Below are positions 45,375 through 55,873 of a stretch of DNA of 64,000 bases, piece after piece (the first letter of the stretch is position 1; the number at the start of each line of letters is the position of its first letter). The notes beneath the pieces are model-generated. The model saw only the letters and a list, made by a program, of their open reading frames with translations, searched no databases and had not been told where the DNA came from. Source of the DNA: Minisyncoccota bacterium (GTDB lineage: Bacteria > Patescibacteriota > Minisyncoccia > Phycocordibacterales > UBA2100); contig OZ253947.1 in assembly GCA_965267345.1 (NCBI GenBank), positions 202,814 to 266,813 on the forward strand, given 5' to 3'. The position numbers were made by a program, and so were the translations under genes.

Positions 45375-46034
45375 ATGGCATCACCGTTTCTCCCACAGAC
45401 GCCCGACGAACTCCATCACGCGTACATCGTTGTGGGCACTGCCACAACCGCAGCGCGCGTTGCGCGTGCGTGCGAGGAACTCGGCATTCGCGTACAGGGT
45501 AACAGCGATGTGGTGCTGCAGCAGTACGAAACACTGGGCATTGATGACAGCCGTGAGCTGGTGCGTCGCGCGCACCTGCGTCCTATCGGCGATCGCGCGC
45601 TGGTGATCGTGTCAGCGCAGCAGCTCACCCGCGAGGCACAGAACAGTTTGCTGAAACTCTTTGAGGAGCCGCCGGCACACACCCACTTTTTTCTCTGTAT
45701 TTCCAATCCCGAGTACCTGCTCCCGACACTGCGCTCACGTATGGCAGTTGTGTACGATGACACACCCGACGATGCGTACACACCCGAGGCCGCCAGCTTT
45801 GTCGCCGGCACGCCCGCGCAGCGCCTTGCTGTGGTTGCGCCGTATATTGACGACAAGCGCAGCGCCGATGCGGAACAGTTTTTGCACGCACTGGAAGTGC
45901 AGCTCAGTAGCGGTGTGATGGATACGCAGGTGCGACAGGCACTGCAGCACATTGGCGCAGTACGCCGGCATCTCTACGACCGTGGCGCGTCACTTAAAGC
46001 ACTACTGGAGAGCGTGGTTGTGGTATGTCCCTAA
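45375..46034 (+). CDS. holB: DNA polymerase III delta' subunit, short form
   Basis: HAYIVVG, ALVIVSAQQLTREAQNSLLKLFEEPP and LLPTLRSR. 219 aa; the C-terminal domain is missing relative to the canonical ~330 aa. Confidence 0.8.
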   Translation: MASPFLPQTPDELHHAYIVVGTATTAARVARACEELGIRVQGNSDVVLQQYETLGIDDSRELVRRAHLRPIGDRALVIVSAQQLTREAQNSLLKLFEEPPAHTHFFLCISNPEYLLPTLRSRMAVVYDDTPDDAYTPEAASFVAGTPAQRLAVVAPYIDDKRSADAEQFLHALEVQLSSGVMDTQVRQALQHIGAVRRHLYDRGASLKALLESVVVVCP

Positions 46035-46091
46035 CGCATACTTGGTTGGGTACGCGTCAATGCGGTATACTGTCGCCATAGCACAATACAT

Positions 46092-46640
46092 ATGTTTGAT
46101 TTTTCACCAACAAAAAGTCGGATCGCCGACACACATGCGTGGTTGCGTACTGAGTACAAGGGCTTGCGCACCGGTCGCGCCACCCCAACACTACTTGATG
46201 GTATTCAGGTTGAGAGCTACGGCGCACGGGTGCCGCTTAATCAGGTGGCGAACGTCGGTGTCGAAGACGCACGTACGTTGCGCGTAACGCCGTGGGATGC
46301 GTCGCAGGTTAAAGAGATTGAAAAGGCGGTGACCCAAGCCGATTTGGGCGTGGGTGTGTCCGCAGACGAAAAAAGTGTTCGCGTGAGCTTTCCTGAACTG
46401 ACCGTCGAGCGTCGCGAATCGCTGATTAAGCTTGCAAAAGATAAACTGGAGCACGCCCGCACAAGTGTTCGCGGTATTCGTGATGATGCATGGAGCGAGA
46501 TCCAGCAGCAGGAGCGCGACGGTGACATCAGCGAAGACGAAAAATTCCGCTACAAAGACGAATTGCAGAAGCTCATTGATGCTGCCAATGACGAGCTCGA
46601 AACATTCTTTACTAAAAAAGAAGAGGAGATTCGCAGCTAA
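46092..46640 (+). CDS. frr: Ribosome recycling factor
   Basis: Full-length RRF pattern (LRTGRATPTLLDGIQVESYG...TPWDASQVKEIEKAV...). Confidence 0.95.
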   Translation: MFDFSPTKSRIADTHAWLRTEYKGLRTGRATPTLLDGIQVESYGARVPLNQVANVGVEDARTLRVTPWDASQVKEIEKAVTQADLGVGVSADEKSVRVSFPELTVERRESLIKLAKDKLEHARTSVRGIRDDAWSEIQQQERDGDISEDEKFRYKDELQKLIDAANDELETFFTKKEEEIRS

Positions 46641-46660
46641 CCGACACCCAACCGCACACC

Positions 46661-47782
46661 ATGTCAGTTGTTCTGTTTATTGTCGTCCTTGTCGTGCTCA
46701 TTGTGGTGCACGAATTAGGGCACTTTTGGGTGGCGAAGTGGTTCGGCATCCGCGTTGACGAATTTGGGGTCGGCTACCCGCCGCGCGCGGTGGTACTCGG
46801 CCGTATTAAAGAAACGCTCTACACGCTGAACTGGCTTCCGTTCGGCGGATTTGTGCGCATTTTTGGCGAGCAACACGACAGCTCAATGACGCCCGAAGAG
46901 CGCCAGCGGGCGTTTATTCATAAACCACGCATCGTACAAGCGGTCGTACTTGCTGCCGGCATCGTCTGTAACATTCTGTTTGCGTGGGTGCTGTTTACCG
47001 CGACACTGATGCTCGGCGCGCCGACGGCAATTGAGGAGAATCAGCTCACACCCGACACTGATGCGCGTTTGATTGTGAGTACCGTGACGGTGGGCTCACC
47101 GGCAGAAGTTGCCGGCCTACAGGCAGGTGACGAAATTGTCGCTGTTGCCAGCGATGCCGAGCAGCTCGACACACTCGTACTCGTACCCAGCGATGTATCA
47201 GCCTTCATTAAAGCACACGCTGGTGACAGCATCGCCATTACCTATGAGCGGAACAACGATGACGCAGTGGTGACGCGCACGGTTGATCTTGCACCCGCAC
47301 ATGGTGTGCTCGACGCAACCCCCGGAGTCCCCGCTGTGGGCATTGGTATGGCCCTTGTTGCCGAGCGTGCACTGCCGATACACGAAGCACTCGTGAGCGG
47401 TTTTGTTGAAACGATGACGGCACTGGCGAATGTCACGGTTGGACTGACAGCATTCTTTATGCAGGCAGCTACCGGCTCGGTGCAGTGGGAGCAAATTGCC
47501 GGTCCGGTTGGTATTGCAGCTCTCGTGGGTGACGCGTCGACTGTCGGCTTTGTTTACCTGCTGTACTTTACGGCGTTTATTTCGATTAACTTAGCGGTAA
47601 TTAACCTGCTGCCGCTTCCGGCGCTCGACGGCGGACGACTGCTCTTTGTCGCAATTGAGGCAATAACGAATCGACCGATTAACTATACCGTTGCACTTGC
47701 ACTTAATGTCATTGGCTTTGGCCTGATTATGTTGCTGATGATCGTGGTGACGTATCACGATATTGCGCGGCTCATTAGCTAG
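46661..47782 (+). CDS. rseP: RseP-type site-2 zinc metalloprotease
   Basis: HELGHF (HExxH), a PDZ domain and NLLPLPALDGG. Confidence 0.9.
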   Translation: MSVVLFIVVLVVLIVVHELGHFWVAKWFGIRVDEFGVGYPPRAVVLGRIKETLYTLNWLPFGGFVRIFGEQHDSSMTPEERQRAFIHKPRIVQAVVLAAGIVCNILFAWVLFTATLMLGAPTAIEENQLTPDTDARLIVSTVTVGSPAEVAGLQAGDEIVAVASDAEQLDTLVLVPSDVSAFIKAHAGDSIAITYERNNDDAVVTRTVDLAPAHGVLDATPGVPAVGIGMALVAERALPIHEALVSGFVETMTALANVTVGLTAFFMQAATGSVQWEQIAGPVGIAALVGDASTVGFVYLLYFTAFISINLAVINLLPLPALDGGRLLFVAIEAITNRPINYTVALALNVIGFGLIMLLMIVVTYHDIARLIS

Positions 47783-47869
47783 TACCTCGTTAGAACACAG
47801 CGGCGTAGGGTTTGTCCAGCCGTGGGAGTCTTCTGTTCGGACGGCTTTTCTGCTAGTATTGCTGACACG

Positions 47870-49141
47870 ATGGCTGACACACTACGACAATCGGAACTGT
47901 TCACGAAGACGCGCAAAGAAGCGCCGAAAGACGAGGTGTCAAAAAACGCGCAGCTACTCATCCGCGCGGGCTACATTCACAAAGAAATGGCAGGTGTCTA
48001 CGCATTTTTGCCGTTGGGGTTGCGTGTTTTCAATAATATTGTGCGTGTCATTCGCGAAGAGATGAATGCAATTGGCGGCCAAGAGGTACACCTTGCGGCA
48101 CTGCAGGACAAAGACACGTGGGACGCAACAGGACGCTGGGACGATGAAACGCTCGATGTGTGGTTTAAGACGCACCTGCACAGCGGTGACGCATTCCACG
48201 AAGGAACGGAGCTTGGACTGGCAAGTACGCATGAAGAACCGCTCACCAAACTGATGACGGAGCACATCGCCTCGTATAAAGATCTGCCTCGCTACGTCTA
48301 TCAATTTCAGACAAAATTCCGTAATGAGATTCGCGCGAAGAGCGGCATCATGCGCACGCGCGAATTCGTGATGAAGGATCTCTACTCATTCAACCGTGAC
48401 GAGGAGAGCTTTCGCGAATTTTACGAAACCTGTGCCGCTGCGTACACCCGCATTTTTGAGCGGCTGGGTATTGGCGATCGTACGTACCGCACCTTTGCTA
48501 GCGGCGGCTCATTTTCAAAATTTAGCGACGAGTTTCAGACGCTCTCAGATGCCGGTGAAGATTTGATCTACATCAACGATGAGACGGGGACTGCACTCAA
48601 TAAAGAAGTGTACACTCCTGAGGTACTGAATGATCTCGGATGGGACGACGGGGCGCTCCGCGAAGCAAAGGCAATTGAGGTGGGAAACATCTTTCCATTG
48701 GGAGATAAGTTTTCAAAGGCACTTGGCCTGACGTTTAAAGATGCAACGGGTACACCCGTGCCCGTGTACATGGGTTCGTACGGTATCGGCCCTGCGCGAG
48801 CGATGGGCACCGTTGCGGAAGTGCGCTCTGACGACAAGGGACTCGTGTGGCCGGAAGAAATTGCACCGTTTACCTACCACCTGTTGGTGCTGGATAACGG
48901 CAATGAAGAGGTACGGATGGAAGCTGAGCGGGTGTTTGCGGACATGGAACAGCGCGGTATGTCGGTACTCTATGATGATCGCGACGTACGAGCAGGCGAA
49001 AAATTTGCCGATGCCGACCTGATTGGTATTCCGAAGCGCATTATTATCAGCGAGAAAACACTCGCACAGGGGCAGCTCGAGCTGGTGCACCGCGCGACGG
49101 GTTCATCAAACTTTATTTCTGAGCAGGAGCTGCTGAGCTAA
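47870..49141 (+). CDS. proS: Proline--tRNA ligase, short form without editing (INS) domain
   Basis: Class II motif 2 (FRNEIRAKSGIMRTREFVMKD), motif 3 (GSYGIGPAR) and a C-terminal anticodon-binding domain. 423 aa. Confidence 0.9.
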   Translation: MADTLRQSELFTKTRKEAPKDEVSKNAQLLIRAGYIHKEMAGVYAFLPLGLRVFNNIVRVIREEMNAIGGQEVHLAALQDKDTWDATGRWDDETLDVWFKTHLHSGDAFHEGTELGLASTHEEPLTKLMTEHIASYKDLPRYVYQFQTKFRNEIRAKSGIMRTREFVMKDLYSFNRDEESFREFYETCAAAYTRIFERLGIGDRTYRTFASGGSFSKFSDEFQTLSDAGEDLIYINDETGTALNKEVYTPEVLNDLGWDDGALREAKAIEVGNIFPLGDKFSKALGLTFKDATGTPVPVYMGSYGIGPARAMGTVAEVRSDDKGLVWPEEIAPFTYHLLVLDNGNEEVRMEAERVFADMEQRGMSVLYDDRDVRAGEKFADADLIGIPKRIIISEKTLAQGQLELVHRATGSSNFISEQELLS

Positions 49142-49143
49142 CA

Positions 49144-50235
49144 GTGAGACGTATGCGCGGAATACTCACGTACCTACAACGACTGTGGACACGCTTGACG
49201 AGCGTGTTTTCCGAAGATATCGGTATTGACCTCGGGACGGCGAACACCCTTGTGTACGTTCGCGGAAAAGGCATTGTCATCAATGAGCCGTCGATCGTCG
49301 CCATGAATCAAAAAACAGGGCAGGTGGTTGCTGTTGGCGCCGACGCTAAAAGTATGCTCGGTCGCACACCAACGCACATCACGGCCGTACAGCCGCTCAT
49401 CGACGGTGTTATTTCCGACTTTGAGGTGACTGAAGAGATGCTCGGCTACCTCATCCGTAAAGCGCAGGACGGGCGCACCCGACTACTTGGCCCGCGCGTG
49501 GTTGTCGGTGTGCCGTCGGGCATTACCTCGGTTGAAGTACGCGCCGTGCAGGACGCGGCACGTAATGCCGGTGCCCGTGAAGTATTCATTGTTGAAGAGC
49601 CGATGGCGGCGGCGATCGGGATTCGCCTGCCTGTGCATGAGCCGTCTGGTTCGATGGTTATCGACATCGGTGGCGGAACGACCGACATCGGTATCGTCTC
49701 ACTTGGTGGCTTGGTGAATGCAAAGAACGTGCGCATTGCGGGCGACAAACTTAATGACGATATCGTTAACTATATTCGCAGTGAATTTAAAATTCTTATC
49801 GGGCGACGTTCGGCAGAAGATTTGAAAATCGCGGCTGCTGCGGTGGTGGAAGGCGACACGCCACTTGAGGCAACAGTGCGCGGGCGCGATCTGGTGACGG
49901 GCTTGCCACGTGAGGTGATTATTACCGATGCTGATATTCGCGAAGCCATCGCCACCTCAATTGACCAGCTCGTTGATGCCGTCAAAGAAGTGCTCGAAAC
50001 GGCGCCACCGGAAGTGGTCTCCGACGTCATGCGTCGGGGTATCTACCTTGCCGGCGGCGGTGCACTGATTCGTGGGCTTGGGGATTTATTGGGGGAAGCG
50101 CTCGGCGTGCCCGTGTATACTGCGGATGAGCCGCTGACCGCGGTGGTACGCGGTACTGGTTTTATTCTTGAGGATGTCGAGGCGTATCGCGAAACACTGA
50201 TAACCCAAAGCCATGAACTTTCACCGACCGAATAG
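49144..50235 (+). CDS. mreB: MreB paralogue, copy 2
   Basis: GIDLGTANTLVYV, VIDIGGGTTDIGIVSLG and AGGGALIRGLGDLL. Confidence 0.9.
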   Translation: MRRMRGILTYLQRLWTRLTSVFSEDIGIDLGTANTLVYVRGKGIVINEPSIVAMNQKTGQVVAVGADAKSMLGRTPTHITAVQPLIDGVISDFEVTEEMLGYLIRKAQDGRTRLLGPRVVVGVPSGITSVEVRAVQDAARNAGAREVFIVEEPMAAAIGIRLPVHEPSGSMVIDIGGGTTDIGIVSLGGLVNAKNVRIAGDKLNDDIVNYIRSEFKILIGRRSAEDLKIAAAAVVEGDTPLEATVRGRDLVTGLPREVIITDADIREAIATSIDQLVDAVKEVLETAPPEVVSDVMRRGIYLAGGGALIRGLGDLLGEALGVPVYTADEPLTAVVRGTGFILEDVEAYRETLITQSHELSPTE

Positions 50236-51010
50236 AAACCCGACACGCAGTGCCGTGCGCTGGCTACTTGGCATTGCCGTATTTGGTGCGCTGATGTTCG
50301 GCGTGAATGCGCTTCTCGACGGCCGACTGAGCTCACTGGTGCGGCTGCCCGCTGCGCCACTACAGGGCCTTGATGCGTCACTTACCGCTGCCGTGGGCAA
50401 CGCGCGCGCGGTGCTATCGCGCAATGATGTCGTGATACGCGAGCGTGATGTGCTCCGTGAGCGCGTGCGCGAGCTTGAAATATATGCCCTCAATAACCAA
50501 GTGCTCAAAGCGGAGAACGAAGCATTGCGACGGTTGCTCGGCGACACACCGGAGGACGGTACGGGCATTGCGGTGCGGGTGCTGACGCGTGGCGGTATTG
50601 CACCGTACGGCGTGCTTACTATTGCACAACCTGAATCAACGACACTAAGCGTCGGCGCACGCGTCTTTGGTGCACATGGCGTGGGCATTGGTGTAGTCAC
50701 CGACACATTCCCGACGTACGCGCAGGTGGAGCTGTTCTCACAACCGCAACGCAGCACAGACGTACTTATTCAGTCAGGCGATACGACGACACCGACTACC
50801 GTCACCGGTACCGGCAGCGGTAATTTTGTTGCGCGCGTTCCACGCGACGTTACCGTGCAGGTGGGTGACGCGGTGGTGCTCGCACAAGACAGCCGCATCG
50901 TGATTGGCATGGTGGGTGACGTAACCGTCACGCCGGCTGATGCGTTTAAAACAGTGCGCATTCGCGTACCACTTAATCTCGCGACGCTGCGATTTGTCAG
51001 TGTCGAGTAG
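50213..51010 (+). CDS. mreC: Rod shape-determining protein MreC
   Basis: N-terminal TM, a coiled coil (RERVRELEIYALNNQVLKAENEALRRLL), then beta domains. Sits after mreB. Confidence 0.8.
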   Translation: MNFHRPNRNPTRSAVRWLLGIAVFGALMFGVNALLDGRLSSLVRLPAAPLQGLDASLTAAVGNARAVLSRNDVVIRERDVLRERVRELEIYALNNQVLKAENEALRRLLGDTPEDGTGIAVRVLTRGGIAPYGVLTIAQPESTTLSVGARVFGAHGVGIGVVTDTFPTYAQVELFSQPQRSTDVLIQSGDTTTPTTVTGTGSGNFVARVPRDVTVQVGDAVVLAQDSRIVIGMVGDVTVTPADAFKTVRIRVPLNLATLRFVSVE

Positions 51011-51013
51011 CCT

Positions 51014-51280
51014 ATGCGAACGATATTTGCAGCGTGCGTCGGGTTGTGTACTGCAGGTATCATCATGGGTGTCTGGTGGGTCATTGTGCTCGGCGGGAGC
51101 GCAGCACTCATCTTTCGTCGCGCGTACTGGATCGTGACCGTCGGCATCATTCTCGACTTATGGTACGCACCGATTATTGGTGGGTGGTACGTGACGGGAC
51201 TCTACACCCTCATATTTGCCGCTGCAGCGATCAGTGCCGAATTCATTCGCGGGCGTTTCGTGTGGAGTAGTGACGCATGA
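51014..51280 (+). CDS. mreD: MreD-like small membrane protein
   Basis: 88 aa, 3 TM. Called from its position between mreC and mrdA. Confidence 0.55.
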   Translation: MRTIFAACVGLCTAGIIMGVWWVIVLGGSAALIFRRAYWIVTVGIILDLWYAPIIGGWYVTGLYTLIFAAAAISAEFIRGRFVWSSDA

Positions 51281-51317
51281 TTTTGCACCGAGCGTAGTCT
51301 CGGAGTATCCTTAGGAC

Positions 51318-53105
51318 ATGTCACTCTTCCGTCGGAAGCTTTTTTCAAGCAAAACGCGTCGCGCGGCGCCAATTGATCCTGATGAGGTGCTCCTTGATGC
51401 GTTTAACCTTCCCGATTTCAATACCCATCAACTTGAGGGACGCGTTGAGCGATCCATTCGCAGCTCAGTGCCACTGGCAGTTGGCGGCGCGATACTCGTC
51501 GTGTTCGGCATCTTTCTCTGGCAGTCATGGGACCTGCAGGTCACGCGCGGTGAGGCGATGGCGGTGCTCTCGGAACAAAACCAACTCGACCACGAAATTG
51601 TATTCGCACGACGTGGTGTCATCTACGACCGTTTTGGGCGCGAGCTTGCGTGGAATACTGCGCCACACACTGCCAGTACCACGGACATGCTCGGTGATAC
51701 GTTTTCTCTGCGCTCCTACAGCGATCAACGAGGAGTTGCTCACATTCTTGGCTTTGTCGACTACCCTGCGCATGACCAGCAGGGGAATTGGTGGCGCACT
51801 GAATACGAAGGACGTGCGGGCGTTGAGAGTAGTTTAGATACGCGTATTGCCGGTACCAACGGGGTGCGCATTATCGAAGTTGACGCACTTGGGCGCGTAC
51901 AGTCGGCCAACACACTCCGCGCGCCAGTTGACGGTGAGAATGTAACGCTCACGATCGATGCTGTGGTACAGGAGGCACTCTTCACCGCAATTCGCGATGG
52001 CGCGCAGCGTTCGGGCTTTACGGGTGGCGCAGGCGTCATTATGGATGCACGCACGGGTGAGGTAGTCGCGCTGACGAGCTATCCTGAGTATGACGTACAG
52101 GTGATGACCGATGGTGTCGATACCGATGCGATTGCCGCATACGTGCAGGATGAGCGCGATCCGTTTTTGAATCGTGCAGTACTCGGCGAGTACACACCCG
52201 GATCGATTGTGAAGCCCTACATCGCTGCCGCCGCCCTTGCTGAAGGGGTGATCACACCCGAAAAGCAGATTTTATCGACGGGCGAGATTCGTATACCCAA
52301 TCCCTACTATCCCGATCAATATTCTACGTTTCGTGATTGGAAAGCACATGGGTGGGTGGATGTGCGCCGCGCAGTCGCCGTGTCATCGAACGTGTATTTC
52401 TACGCGGTTGGTGGTGGTTACGAAGACCAGCAAGGTCTGGGCATCGATCTGCTCGCGTCCTACGCGCACGCATTTGGGCTTGGTGAGCCAACAGGTATTG
52501 ATCTTGCCAGCGAGGCATCAGGTGTTGTGCCGACGCCTGAGTGGAAAAGCCAAGTATTCGGCGAAGATGATCCGTGGCGCCTCGGTAACACGTACCACAC
52601 GTCAATTGGTCAGTTTGGCTTTCTCGTAACGCCACTGCAGGCAGTACGCTACATGGGCGCATTGGCAAATGGCGGTACGCTGCTCACACCGCACGTGCAA
52701 AAAGACACCATACCAACAACACAGAGCATTGGTATTGATGATGCGACGCTGCGCATTGTTCGCGACGGTATGCGCCGCGCTGTGCAGGGTGAGACGGCAG
52801 CAGCAGTGAATGTTGCGGGCATTGATATTGCGGCGAAAACAGGTACAGCGCAGCTCGGCAGAAACAACGAACTGATGAACTCATGGGTTGTCGGATTCTG
52901 GCCGGCCGAGCGACCACAATTTGCATTTGCCGTTGTGCTTGAGCGTGCACCGGCAGAGACATTGGTGGGTGCGGCACCGGCGATGCGCAGCTTTTTCGAG
53001 TGGCTCGTACGCGAGCAGCCGAGCTATGCAGCAGGTGCCTATCCGGTGCGTGAGGATGCGGTAGCTGCGCAGTGGGTAGATCTGTCCACACCCTTTGCTT
53101 TTTGA
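51318..53105 (+). CDS. mrdA: Penicillin-binding protein 2 (class B transpeptidase)
   Basis: SxxK (GSIVKP), SxN (SSN) and KTG (AKTGTAQ). Confidence 0.9.
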   Translation: MSLFRRKLFSSKTRRAAPIDPDEVLLDAFNLPDFNTHQLEGRVERSIRSSVPLAVGGAILVVFGIFLWQSWDLQVTRGEAMAVLSEQNQLDHEIVFARRGVIYDRFGRELAWNTAPHTASTTDMLGDTFSLRSYSDQRGVAHILGFVDYPAHDQQGNWWRTEYEGRAGVESSLDTRIAGTNGVRIIEVDALGRVQSANTLRAPVDGENVTLTIDAVVQEALFTAIRDGAQRSGFTGGAGVIMDARTGEVVALTSYPEYDVQVMTDGVDTDAIAAYVQDERDPFLNRAVLGEYTPGSIVKPYIAAAALAEGVITPEKQILSTGEIRIPNPYYPDQYSTFRDWKAHGWVDVRRAVAVSSNVYFYAVGGGYEDQQGLGIDLLASYAHAFGLGEPTGIDLASEASGVVPTPEWKSQVFGEDDPWRLGNTYHTSIGQFGFLVTPLQAVRYMGALANGGTLLTPHVQKDTIPTTQSIGIDDATLRIVRDGMRRAVQGETAAAVNVAGIDIAAKTGTAQLGRNNELMNSWVVGFWPAERPQFAFAVVLERAPAETLVGAAPAMRSFFEWLVREQPSYAAGAYPVREDAVAAQWVDLSTPFAF

Positions 53106-53131
53106 TAATGACTAGTATAATGTGCGCCACT

Positions 53132-53605
53132 ATGAGTGACGAGGAGACACAATACCTAACACAGGAAAAATTTGAGGAGTTTACCAAAGAGCTCGACAGC
53201 CTTAAAACGGTACGTCGTCGTGAAGTTGCCGAAAAATTGGAGTACGCACGGTCACTGGGCGATTTGTCTGAAAATGCTGAATACCAAGAGGCGCGTGAGT
53301 TGCAGGGTGCAACTGAGGGGCGCATCAAACAATTGGAGGGTCTCTTGGCAAATGCGCACGTTATTGATGAGACCGTAAAGGGAAACGAAGTACACGTGGG
53401 CTCTACTGTCGCTATTGTGAAAGTGGGCAGCAAAGAGGAGCGCGAGTATGAAGTGGTTGGTTCAGCAGAGGCAAACATGCGCGATCGTAAAATTTCACAC
53501 ATGTCTCCATTGGGCATGGCGATGATGGGCAAGAAGAAGGGAGAAACGTTCGAATTTGAAACACCGAACGGCACCATGAAATATAAAATCGTTAAGGTGA
53601 AGTAA
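53132..53605 (+). CDS. greA: Transcription elongation factor GreA
   Basis: LGDLSENAEYQEAREL..., a C-terminal FKBP-like domain and SPLGMAMMGKKKGE. Confidence 0.9.
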   Translation: MSDEETQYLTQEKFEEFTKELDSLKTVRRREVAEKLEYARSLGDLSENAEYQEARELQGATEGRIKQLEGLLANAHVIDETVKGNEVHVGSTVAIVKVGSKEEREYEVVGSAEANMRDRKISHMSPLGMAMMGKKKGETFEFETPNGTMKYKIVKVK

Positions 53606-53624
53606 TCGATACCGAACAAGGAGA

Positions 53625-53656
53625 AAAGCGCGTGAATAGACCTCACGCGCTTTTTT
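53625..53656 (+). terminator. Terminator after greA
   Basis: AAAGCGCGTGA-ATAGACC-TCACGCGCTTT plus a T6 tract. It is followed directly by -10 TAGAAT at 53660-53665, then 6 nt, then the lysK ATG. Confidence 0.55.
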
Positions 53657-53671
53657 CTGTAGAATGCCGGA

Positions 53672-55240
53672 ATGTTCTGGGCAGACAAGATAGCGGAGGA
53701 AGCACAGGCCGCACTCGCTCCAAAAATTGCAGACGGGGAAACCTTAATTGTTCGTGATGAAAAGACGGCAAGCGGCCGTGTGCATGTCGGATCGATGCGC
53801 GGTGTTGCGATTCATGGCACTGTCGCCGCCGTACTTGCAGAGCAGGGTGTGCCCGTGAAGTTCCTCTATGAAATAAACGACTTTGACCCGATGGACGGAT
53901 TGCCGACGTATCTCGATGCAGACGAGTACCAACAGCATATGGGTAAGCCACTGCATGCGGTGCCTGCACCTGACGGTGCGGCGGAAAACTTTGCTGAGTA
54001 TTACGCACAGGAATTCATTGCGGTAATCACTGAAGCAGGGTTTACACCCGAGTACTACCGCGCGCGTGAGCTCTATACGTCGGGCCGTATGGATGCAGCG
54101 ATTCGCACTGCACTTGAGCGCGCCGACGACATACGTGCGATTTACAAAAAAACGAGCGGTGCTGAGAAGGCGGATGACTGGCTGCCACTGTCAGTTGTAT
54201 GTGAGCAGTGCGGAAAGATCGGCACGACAAAAGCACTCTCATTTGACGGCACAGTGGTGACGTACGAGTGCCGTACTGATTTAGTGACGTGGGCGGACGG
54301 GTGCGGCTACAAAGGGTCGCGCAGTCCGTTTGGCGGGAACGCAAAATTGCCGTGGAAGGTTGAGTGGGCGGCAAAATTTGCCGTACTCGGCGTGGATATT
54401 GAGGGTGGCGGTAAAGATCACTCGACGCGCGGTGGTGCGCGTGATGTTGCCAACCACATTGCCCGCGACATCTTTGACTACACGCCGCCGTTTGATATTC
54501 CGTATGAGTTTTTCCTCGTTGGCGGTAAAAAGATGTCGAGCTCGAAAGGCGCCGGCTCATCAGCACGCGAAATTGCCGACTCACTTCCGGAAAAAATATT
54601 CCGTCTCGCACTCCTCGGGACACGGCCGATGCGTGCTATTAATTTTGAGCCCGACGGTGCAACCATTCCGACACTTTTTGACAAATACGACACGCTAGCG
54701 GCGAAAGCACATGCAGGGGTGACTGACGACGAGACGCGGCTCTTCGAACTCATCCATCACGGCACCATCCCGCCGTATGTCGCGCCGATGCGTTTTTCTG
54801 AAGTGGCATTTCTGGTGCAGATGCCGCACCTCGATGTCTTCGAGGAGATGCGCAAGCAGAAAGGAGGCGATCTTACTGAAGGCGAAAAGAACGATTTGAC
54901 CGAACGGGTGCAGTACGCACAACGATGGATTGCCGAACACGCACCTGAGCGATACGTGTTTGAGTTGCAGAAAGCGGTACCCGACTACGATTTTACCGAT
55001 CAGCAACGCCACGCATTTGCGCAAATTCATGCGTATGTAGCGGCGCATGAACATGTGACGGGGGAAGAGCTGCATCACGCACTCCACGATATTAAAAACG
55101 ATGTCGGTATCGAGCCGAAAGAGCTCTTTTCCGGACTGTACCGCGCATTTTTGAATCGCGATTCAGGGCCACAGGCAGGATGGTTCTTAAGTATGCTCCC
55201 ACGCGACATGTTACTCGAGCGACTGCAGCAGGTGAGTTAG
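53672..55240 (+). CDS. lysK: Lysine--tRNA ligase, class I (archaeal/spirochaete type)
   Basis: HVGSMRG (HIGH-like) and KMSSSKG (KMSKS). 522 aa. Confidence 0.9.
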   Translation: MFWADKIAEEAQAALAPKIADGETLIVRDEKTASGRVHVGSMRGVAIHGTVAAVLAEQGVPVKFLYEINDFDPMDGLPTYLDADEYQQHMGKPLHAVPAPDGAAENFAEYYAQEFIAVITEAGFTPEYYRARELYTSGRMDAAIRTALERADDIRAIYKKTSGAEKADDWLPLSVVCEQCGKIGTTKALSFDGTVVTYECRTDLVTWADGCGYKGSRSPFGGNAKLPWKVEWAAKFAVLGVDIEGGGKDHSTRGGARDVANHIARDIFDYTPPFDIPYEFFLVGGKKMSSSKGAGSSAREIADSLPEKIFRLALLGTRPMRAINFEPDGATIPTLFDKYDTLAAKAHAGVTDDETRLFELIHHGTIPPYVAPMRFSEVAFLVQMPHLDVFEEMRKQKGGDLTEGEKNDLTERVQYAQRWIAEHAPERYVFELQKAVPDYDFTDQQRHAFAQIHAYVAAHEHVTGEELHHALHDIKNDVGIEPKELFSGLYRAFLNRDSGPQAGWFLSMLPRDMLLERLQQVS

Positions 55241-55392
55241 TAGCGCGGTGTCACGGTGCTCGAAAAACCCCATCTCGGATATCCGAGATGGGGTTTTCCT
55301 GTGGTGGCGGAATGTGGATAAGTGCGACAGGGTGGGAGAGAGTGTAGTAGAATTACCATCAAGTGGGAGAGAGTGGGAAACACACAACGCGC

Positions 55393-55827
55393 ATGCTTCT
55401 TGGAGAATACACACATACGTTGGACGACAAGAAGCGACTCACGTTGCCCAAAAAGTTTAAAGAGCAGCTGGGCAGAAAAATAGTAGTCACGCGCGGGTTG
55501 GATAACTGTCTCTTCCTCTACGCGGAAAAGGAATGGAATACCGTCGCGCAGCACCTTCGTGAGCTGAGCTTCGCCCAAGCCGACACCCGCGGCTTCAACC
55601 GCTTCATGTTTTCAGGAGCAGCAGAGGTTGAAGTGGATAGCGCCGGTCGCATTTTGATTCCCGACCATCTTAAAAAGTTTGCCGCGCTCAAAACCAAAGT
55701 GGTGCTGGCGGGCGTATCAGATCGAGTCGAGATCTGGGATGAAAAGCGTTGGGCATCGTACCAGCAACACATTGAAAAGCAGGGCGATGCGATGGCCGAG
55801 AAGTTAGGAGAAATTGGCGTGTTATAG
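55393..55827 (+). CDS. mraZ: Transcriptional regulator MraZ
   Basis: Two SpoVT/AbrB-like halves with DDKKRLTLP and DSAGRILIP. Confidence 0.9.
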   Translation: MLLGEYTHTLDDKKRLTLPKKFKEQLGRKIVVTRGLDNCLFLYAEKEWNTVAQHLRELSFAQADTRGFNRFMFSGAAEVEVDSAGRILIPDHLKKFAALKTKVVLAGVSDRVEIWDEKRWASYQQHIEKQGDAMAEKLGEIGVL

Positions 55828-55873
55828 GTCGAGTTGGTGTTTACATTGAGCTGCTGGGGGATTTTTTATAGTC

